From an uncultured Actinomycetota bacterium (GTDB taxonomy: Bacteria > Actinomycetota > Actinomycetes > Propionibacteriales > Nocardioidaceae), in the NCBI GenBank assembly GCA_963733895.1, contig CAVTEY010000009.1, positions 497,369 through 561,368 of the forward strand: a stretch of 64,000 nt of DNA. Direction: 5' to 3'. A model generated the notes under the pieces. That model searched no databases and was not told where the DNA came from. It worked only from the letters and a program-made list of their open reading frames with translations. A program made the position numbers and the translations under genes. Shown here piece by piece: positions 59,087 through 64,000 of this stretch; position 1 is the stretch's first letter; each line of letters begins with the position of its first letter.

Positions 59087-60646
59087 ATGAATCTCGACGC
59101 GGCGCCGGGCATCGTCGCCGTCTCGTTCGTCACGCTCGCCACGCTGGCGATCGGCACCTGGGGCCTGCGTTTCTCCCGGACCACGAGCGACTTCTTCGTC
59201 GCATCGCGCACCGTCCGGCCCGGCCTGAACGCGTCCGCGATCGGTGGGGAGTACCTCTCGGCCGCCTCGTTCCTGGGCGTGGCGGGGCTGTTGTTCGTCG
59301 CCGGCGCCGACATGCTGTGGTACCCGGTCGGCTGGACCGCCGGCTACCTGGTGCTGCTCGTCCTGGTCGCCGCACCCCTGCGCCGCTCCGGCGCCTACAC
59401 CCTGCCGGACTTCGCCGAGGCCCGGCTGGACTCCGTGCAGGCCCGGGCCGCCTGCTCGGTGCTCGTCGTCGCCATCGGGTGGCTCTACCTGCTGCCCCAG
59501 TTCCAGGGCGCCAGTGTCACCCTCACCGCGACCACGGGCGCTCCCCGCTGGCTGGGCGCCGTCATCGTCGCCGCCGTCGTCCTCGCCAACGTGACCTCGG
59601 GCGGGATGCGCAGCATCACCTTCGTCCAGGCGTTCCAGTACTGGCTGAAGCTCACCGCGCTGCTGATCCCGGCAGCGGTACTGCTCGTCGTGTGGGCCGG
59701 GGACGGCGCGACCAACCCGGCCGATGCGGCCAGCCCCGGTGCCGACCTGTGGTCGCTCCCGTTCGGCGACGGTGGCGCGGAGGGCCTCTACCTCACCTAC
59801 TCGCTGATCATCGCCACCTTCCTCGGGACCATGGGCCTCCCCCACGTCGTGGTCCGCTTCTACACCAACCCCGACGGCCGCGCCGCCCGCAGGACCACTG
59901 TCGTCGTACTCGGCCTGCTCGGCCTCTTCTACATCCTGCCGCCCGTGTACGGCGCCCTCGGCCGCGTCTACGGCGACGAGCTGGCGGAATCCGGGCGGGC
60001 CGACGTACTCATCCTCGAGCTGCCGAGCCTGATGCTGCCCGGCACCGGAGGCGACGTGCTCACCGGGCTCGTGACGGCCGGAGCATTCGCCGCGTTCCTC
60101 TCCACCTCCTCGGGCCTGACGATCGCCGTGACCGGTGTGCTCAGCCAGGACGTCACCGGACGCCGGTACGGCGAGCGCCGGCTGCCCGGGGTCGCTGCCT
60201 TCCGGCTCGGCGCGGTGATCGCGGTCGTGGTGCCATGCGTGGTCGCTCTCGCGAGCGCAGAGGTGGGGGTGGCCCGGACGGTCGGGCTCGCCTTCGCCGT
60301 GGCCGCGTCCACGTTCTGCCCGCTGCTCCTGCTCGGCATCTGGTGGCGAGGCCTGACCGCCGCTGGCGCCATCGCTGGGCTGGCCGTGGGCGGGCTCGGC
60401 TCCGGCGCCGCCGTGATCTACACCCTGGTGAACCAGTCGGCCACCGGCTGGGACGCGGCGCTCCTCGGACAACCGGCCGCGTGGAGCGTGCCCGGTGCCC
60501 TGGTCACGATGATCACGGTCAGCCGCCTCACCCGCTCCCGCACGCCCAGTCACGCCGGCCGATTCATGGTGCTGCTGCACACCCCCGAGACGGTGGCGCT
60601 CGACCGCGGCGGCCCCGACCGTTCGTCGTACGAAATCAACCGCTGA
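59087..60646 (+). CDS. SLC5/ActP-like cation symporter (paralogue 1)
   Basis: GGEYLSAASFLG, GGMRSITFVQ, GTMGLPHVVVRFYT, AFAVAAS. Confidence 0.92.
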   Translation: MNLDAAPGIVAVSFVTLATLAIGTWGLRFSRTTSDFFVASRTVRPGLNASAIGGEYLSAASFLGVAGLLFVAGADMLWYPVGWTAGYLVLLVLVAAPLRRSGAYTLPDFAEARLDSVQARAACSVLVVAIGWLYLLPQFQGASVTLTATTGAPRWLGAVIVAAVVLANVTSGGMRSITFVQAFQYWLKLTALLIPAAVLLVVWAGDGATNPADAASPGADLWSLPFGDGGAEGLYLTYSLIIATFLGTMGLPHVVVRFYTNPDGRAARRTTVVVLGLLGLFYILPPVYGALGRVYGDELAESGRADVLILELPSLMLPGTGGDVLTGLVTAGAFAAFLSTSSGLTIAVTGVLSQDVTGRRYGERRLPGVAAFRLGAVIAVVVPCVVALASAEVGVARTVGLAFAVAASTFCPLLLLGIWWRGLTAAGAIAGLAVGGLGSGAAVIYTLVNQSATGWDAALLGQPAAWSVPGALVTMITVSRLTRSRTPSHAGRFMVLLHTPETVALDRGGPDRSSYEINR

Positions 60647-60670
60647 GCGACGAGCCGTCGCCGCTCGCCG
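60619..60670 (+). promoter_or_regulatory. Triple 10-bp direct repeat with 21-bp period, probable LytTR operator
   Basis: CCGTTCGTCG (60619), CCGCTGAGCG (60640), CCGCTCGCCG (60661); candidate -10 TAGCGT at 60714. Confidence 0.7.
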
Positions 60671-60716
60671 CGAGATAGCGACGCACCCCTGCCGACGGCG
60701 CACGACGCCTCCCTAG

Positions 60717-60732
60717 CGTGATCTGGACCACC
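60717..60732. promoter_or_regulatory. CRP/GlxR-like site
   Basis: CGTGA-N6-CCACC compared with TGTGA-N6-TCACA; overlaps the -10/TSS. Confidence 0.4.
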
Positions 60733-60751
60733 CCCCTCGAGGAGGCAGCCC

Positions 60752-61120
60752 GTGTCCGAACACTCCAACGGCGACGTGCACCAGCGCTCCGCCAATCCCT
60801 TGTACGAGGAGTTGCACGAATCCCCGGACTTCACCGAGCTCCGCAGGAAGTTCCGCGCGTTCGTCTTCCCCGCAACGATCGCGTTCATGGCGTGGTACCT
60901 GCTCTACGTCATCTTGTCGAACTGGGCGCACGACTTCATGAGCACCGAGGTCGTCGGCAACATCAACGTCGCCCTCGTGTTCGGCCTCCTCCAGTTCGTG
61001 ACCACGTTCCTGATGGCCTGGGCGTACGGCCGCTACATGAACAAGAACGTCGACCCGCTCGCCCGCAGGGTGGAGAAGCGGTACGTCGACGCTGCGGGTA
61101 ACGGGGGTGTGGCCCGATGA
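60752..61120 (+). CDS. DUF485 (YjcH-like) membrane protein
   Basis: SPDFTELRRK, FMAWYLLYV, GNINVALVFGLLQFVTTF; GAGGAGG SD. Confidence 0.92.
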   Translation: MSEHSNGDVHQRSANPLYEELHESPDFTELRRKFRAFVFPATIAFMAWYLLYVILSNWAHDFMSTEVVGNINVALVFGLLQFVTTFLMAWAYGRYMNKNVDPLARRVEKRYVDAAGNGGVAR

Positions 61121-62724
61121 GCTCCGAGACTCTCTCCACGATCCTGTTCCTGATCGTCGTCGCGATCACCATCGGCATCACCTTCTGGGCCAGCCGGCAG
61201 ACGTCGGGAACGACCGACTACTACGCCGGCGGCCGCTCGTTCAGCGGTTTCCAGAACGGCCTGGCCATCTCCGGCGACTACATGAGCGCCGCGTCGTTCC
61301 TCGGCATCTCGGGCGCCATCGCGCTCTCCGGGTACGACGGCTTCCTCTACTCGATCGGCTTCCTCGTCGCATGGTTGGTGGCGCTGCTACTCGTCGCCGA
61401 GCTGCTGCGGAACTCCGGCCGGTACACGATGGCCGACCAGCTGGCCTACCGGATGAGGCAGCGCCCGGTCCGCACCGCGGCCGCGACGTCGACCGTGGTC
61501 GTGTCGATCTTCTACCTCCTGGCGCAGATGGTCGGCGCGGGCGCGCTGGTCACCCTGCTGCTCGGCGTCGACGGCGAGTGGGCGATCCGGTTCACGATCG
61601 TGGTGGTCGGCCTGCTGATGATCTTCTACGTCACCGTCGGCGGCATGAAGGGCACCACGTGGGTGCAGATCGTCAAAGCCGTGCTCCTGATGAGCGGGAC
61701 GATCCTGATCACCGTCCTGGTGATGGCGCAGTTCAGCTTCAACCTCTCCGACCTGCTCGGCGCGGCCGCGGACAACTCCGGGAAGGGCTCCGCGTTCCTC
61801 GAGCCCGGCCTCAAGTACGGCGAGACCCTGACCACCAAGATCGACTTCGTCAGCCTGTCGCTGGCGCTGGTGCTGGGCACGGCGGGACTGCCGCACATCC
61901 TGATCCGCTTCTACACGGTGCCGACCGCCAAGGATGCGCGGACGTCGGTCAACTGGGCGATCGGCCTGATCGGCTCGTTCTACCTGATGTCGCTGGTCCT
62001 GGGCTTCGGTGCCGCCGCACTGCTGGACACCGGTCCGGAGAGCGAAGTGGCAACCTCCGCAGGCAACCTGGCCTCGCCGCTGCTGGCCGAGGAGGTCGGC
62101 GGCGGAGCCGGGACGGCCGGAGGCGCGATCCTGCTGGCGTTCATCGCGGCTGTGGCGTTCGCCACCATCCTCGCGGTGGTCGCGGGACTCACCCTGACCT
62201 CGGCGTCATCCGTGGCACACGACCTCTACGCCAACGTCGTGAAGAAGGGCACGGCGACGGAGGATGAGGAGGTCAAGGTCGCCAAGATCGCTGCGTTCGG
62301 CATCGGCGGCGTGGCGATTGTCCTCTCGATCTTCGCGCAGTCGCTGAACATCGCGTTCCTCGTCGCACTGGCCTTCGCCGTGGCCGCGTCGGCGAACCTG
62401 CCGTCGTTGCTCTACAACCTGTTCTGGCGACGGTTCAACACGCGGGGCGCCACCTGGGCCATCTACGGCGGCCTGATCACCTGTGTCGTGCTGGTGGCCT
62501 CCTCGCCAGTGGTCTCCGGCACCCCGGAGGCACTGTTCACCGACAGCGACTGGTCGTGGTTCCCGCTGGCCAACCCGGGCATCATCTCGATTCCCGCCGG
62601 CTTCCTCTTCGGTTGGCTCGGGACGATCACCTCCACCGATCGCGACGCCGAGGAGGCGTACAACGAGCTGGAAGTCCGCTCACTCACGGGAGCCGGTGCC
62701 GAGGGGGCGGTGGTGCACCACTGA
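61117..62724 (+). CDS. actP: Cation/acetate symporter
   Basis: NGLAISGDYMSAASFLG, GGMKGTTWVQIVKA, GTAGLPHILIRFYTVP, FAVAASANLP. Confidence 0.95.
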   Translation: MSSETLSTILFLIVVAITIGITFWASRQTSGTTDYYAGGRSFSGFQNGLAISGDYMSAASFLGISGAIALSGYDGFLYSIGFLVAWLVALLLVAELLRNSGRYTMADQLAYRMRQRPVRTAAATSTVVVSIFYLLAQMVGAGALVTLLLGVDGEWAIRFTIVVVGLLMIFYVTVGGMKGTTWVQIVKAVLLMSGTILITVLVMAQFSFNLSDLLGAAADNSGKGSAFLEPGLKYGETLTTKIDFVSLSLALVLGTAGLPHILIRFYTVPTAKDARTSVNWAIGLIGSFYLMSLVLGFGAAALLDTGPESEVATSAGNLASPLLAEEVGGGAGTAGGAILLAFIAAVAFATILAVVAGLTLTSASSVAHDLYANVVKKGTATEDEEVKVAKIAAFGIGGVAIVLSIFAQSLNIAFLVALAFAVAASANLPSLLYNLFWRRFNTRGATWAIYGGLITCVVLVASSPVVSGTPEALFTDSDWSWFPLANPGIISIPAGFLFGWLGTITSTDRDAEEAYNELEVRSLTGAGAEGAVVHH

Positions 62725-62738
62725 CCGGCCTCGTCAGC

Positions 62739-62778
62739 TCCGGACGGCCCACGCCTTCTCGGGTGTGGGTCGTCCGGA
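62739..62778 (+). terminator. Hairpin between actP and acs
   Basis: TCCGGACGGCCCACGCC / GGTGTGGGTCGTCCGGA. Confidence 0.7.
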
Positions 62779-62864
62779 CTCCATCCGAGGGGTAGGTTTT
62801 CGACAGTCCTGAACGCCCCCAGTCGACTTGCCGAGCCGGACCCGCAATCACAGGAGCCTTCACC

Positions 62865-64000
62865 ATGACCGACCAGACCCTCGCCAACCTCTCGCACGAG
62901 GAGCGCAGCTTCGAACCACCCGCGGACCTCGCGGCGGAGGCGAATGTGAAGGAGGAGGTCTACGAGCGGGCGGCGTCGGACCCGGAGGGGTTCTGGGCCG
63001 AGCAGGCCGAGCGCCTCGACTGGGGCCAGAAGTGGGACCGGGTCCTCGACTGGGACAACCCACCCTTCGCGAAGTGGTTCACCGGCGGCACCCTCAATGC
63101 GGCGTACAACTGCGTCGACCGGCACGTCGCCGCCGGGAGGGGCGACAAGGTCGCCCTCCACTGGGTGGGCGAGCCCGAGGACGACACCCGCGACATCACC
63201 TACTCCGAGCTGCAGGACGAGGTGTGCAAGGCGGCCAACGCCTTGACCTCCCTGGGCGTCGCCAAGGGCGACCGGGTGGCGATCTATCTCCCGATGATCC
63301 CGGAGACGGTGGTCGCCATGCTGGCCTGTGCCCGTATCGGCGCCCCGCACACCGTGGTGTTCGGCGGCTTCTCGGCGGACGCGCTGGCCAACCGGGTCGC
63401 CGACTGCGAGGCGAGGGTCGTGATCACTGCCGACGGCGGCTACCGGCGCGGTGCCCCATCTGCCCTGAAGCCGGCAGTGGACGAGGCGTGCGGGAAGGCA
63501 TCCGAGCAGGGCCAGGACGTGGAGAAGGTGCTCGTCGTACGACGCACCGGGCAGGACGTCGACTGGGACGACTCCCGCGACGTGTGGTGGCACGACGTCG
63601 TCGACCCCGCCTCGACCGAGCATGAGGCGCCCATGCACGACGCGGAGCACCCGCTCTACGTCATGTACACCTCCGGGACGACCGGGAAGCCCAAGGGCAT
63701 CCTGCACACGACGGGCGGATACCTGGTCGGGACGTCGTACACGCATTGGGCAGTCTTCGACCTCAAGGCCGACACCGACGTCTACTGGTGCACCGCCGAC
63801 GTGGGCTGGGTGACCGGCCACTCCTACATGGTCTACGGCCCGCTCGCCAACGGCGCCACGCAGGTGATCTACGAGGGCACCCCGGACAGCCCGCACAAGG
63901 GCCGGTGGTGGGAGATCGTCGAGAAGTACGGCGTGACGATCTTCTACACGGCGCCGACCGCGATCCGGACCTTCATGAAGTGGGGCAACGAGTTCCCGGG
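62865..64000 (+). CDS. acs: Acetyl-CoA synthetase (3' end outside window)
   Basis: AGGAG SD; [51 protein letters not shown]. Confidence 0.98.
   Translation, partial: MTDQTLANLSHEERSFEPPADLAAEANVKEEVYERAASDPEGFWAEQAERLDWGQKWDRVLDWDNPPFAKWFTGGTLNAAYNCVDRHVAAGRGDKVALHWVGEPEDDTRDITYSELQDEVCKAANALTSLGVAKGDRVAIYLPMIPETVVAMLACARIGAPHTVVFGGFSADALANRVADCEARVVITADGGYRRGAPSALKPAVDEACGKASEQGQDVEKVLVVRRTGQDVDWDDSRDVWWHDVVDPASTEHEAPMHDAEHPLYVMYTSGTTGKPKGILHTTGGYLVGTSYTHWAVFDLKADTDVYWCTADVGWVTGHSYMVYGPLANGATQVIYEGTPDSPHKGRWWEIVEKYGVTIFYTAPTAIRTFMKWGNEFP

Overview
High-GC actinobacterial chromosome segment; gene content and synteny look Nocardioides-like (inference). (1) 1-12 kb: the N-terminus of a coiled-coil secreted protein, a PAP2/IPC-synthase-like gene, a TPP-riboswitch-controlled thiamine ABC transporter, an ECF41/SigJ + CMD pair with its promoter, hydrolases, and an SDR + DapB-like pair under a KstR-type operator. 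Every gene here carries frameshifts, most likely assembly errors. (2) 12-32.4 kb, an accessory region downstream of tRNA-Thr(CGT): a GntR/UTRA regulator; an amino-sugar (GalNAc/GlcNAc-type) cluster with DeoR, DUF5107-like, SIS, ROK, NagA, PfkB, class II aldolase, NgcEFG-like ABC, BadF kinase and a NagS-like SIS; two tandem GAF-ANTAR genes facing a two-hairpin leader and a STAS-like remnant; ltrA; a secreted beta-propeller protein; DUF2306. (3) 32.5-64 kb, conserved backbone: LysR with a divergent Cys-rich microprotein, TAP-like peptidase, holB, tmk, topA, hppA, bldG, DUF1998 helicase, ssd-tad locus, HAD, an Ms1-like RNA, Fic-like gene, a soluble LytS/LytTR pair, two ActP-like symporter modules and partial acs. 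No CRISPR array, integrase or transposase was seen. The best candidates for undescribed systems are a split transporter-sensor/LytS-LytTR acetate module with a 21-bp-period triple repeat, a tandem ANTAR locus with a non-canonical dual-hairpin leader, a shared bipartite motif upstream of the tad promoters, the NagS-like/DUF5107 amino-sugar cluster, and the LysR-controlled Cys-rich microprotein. All family assignments come from motif recognition by eye, not from database searches.
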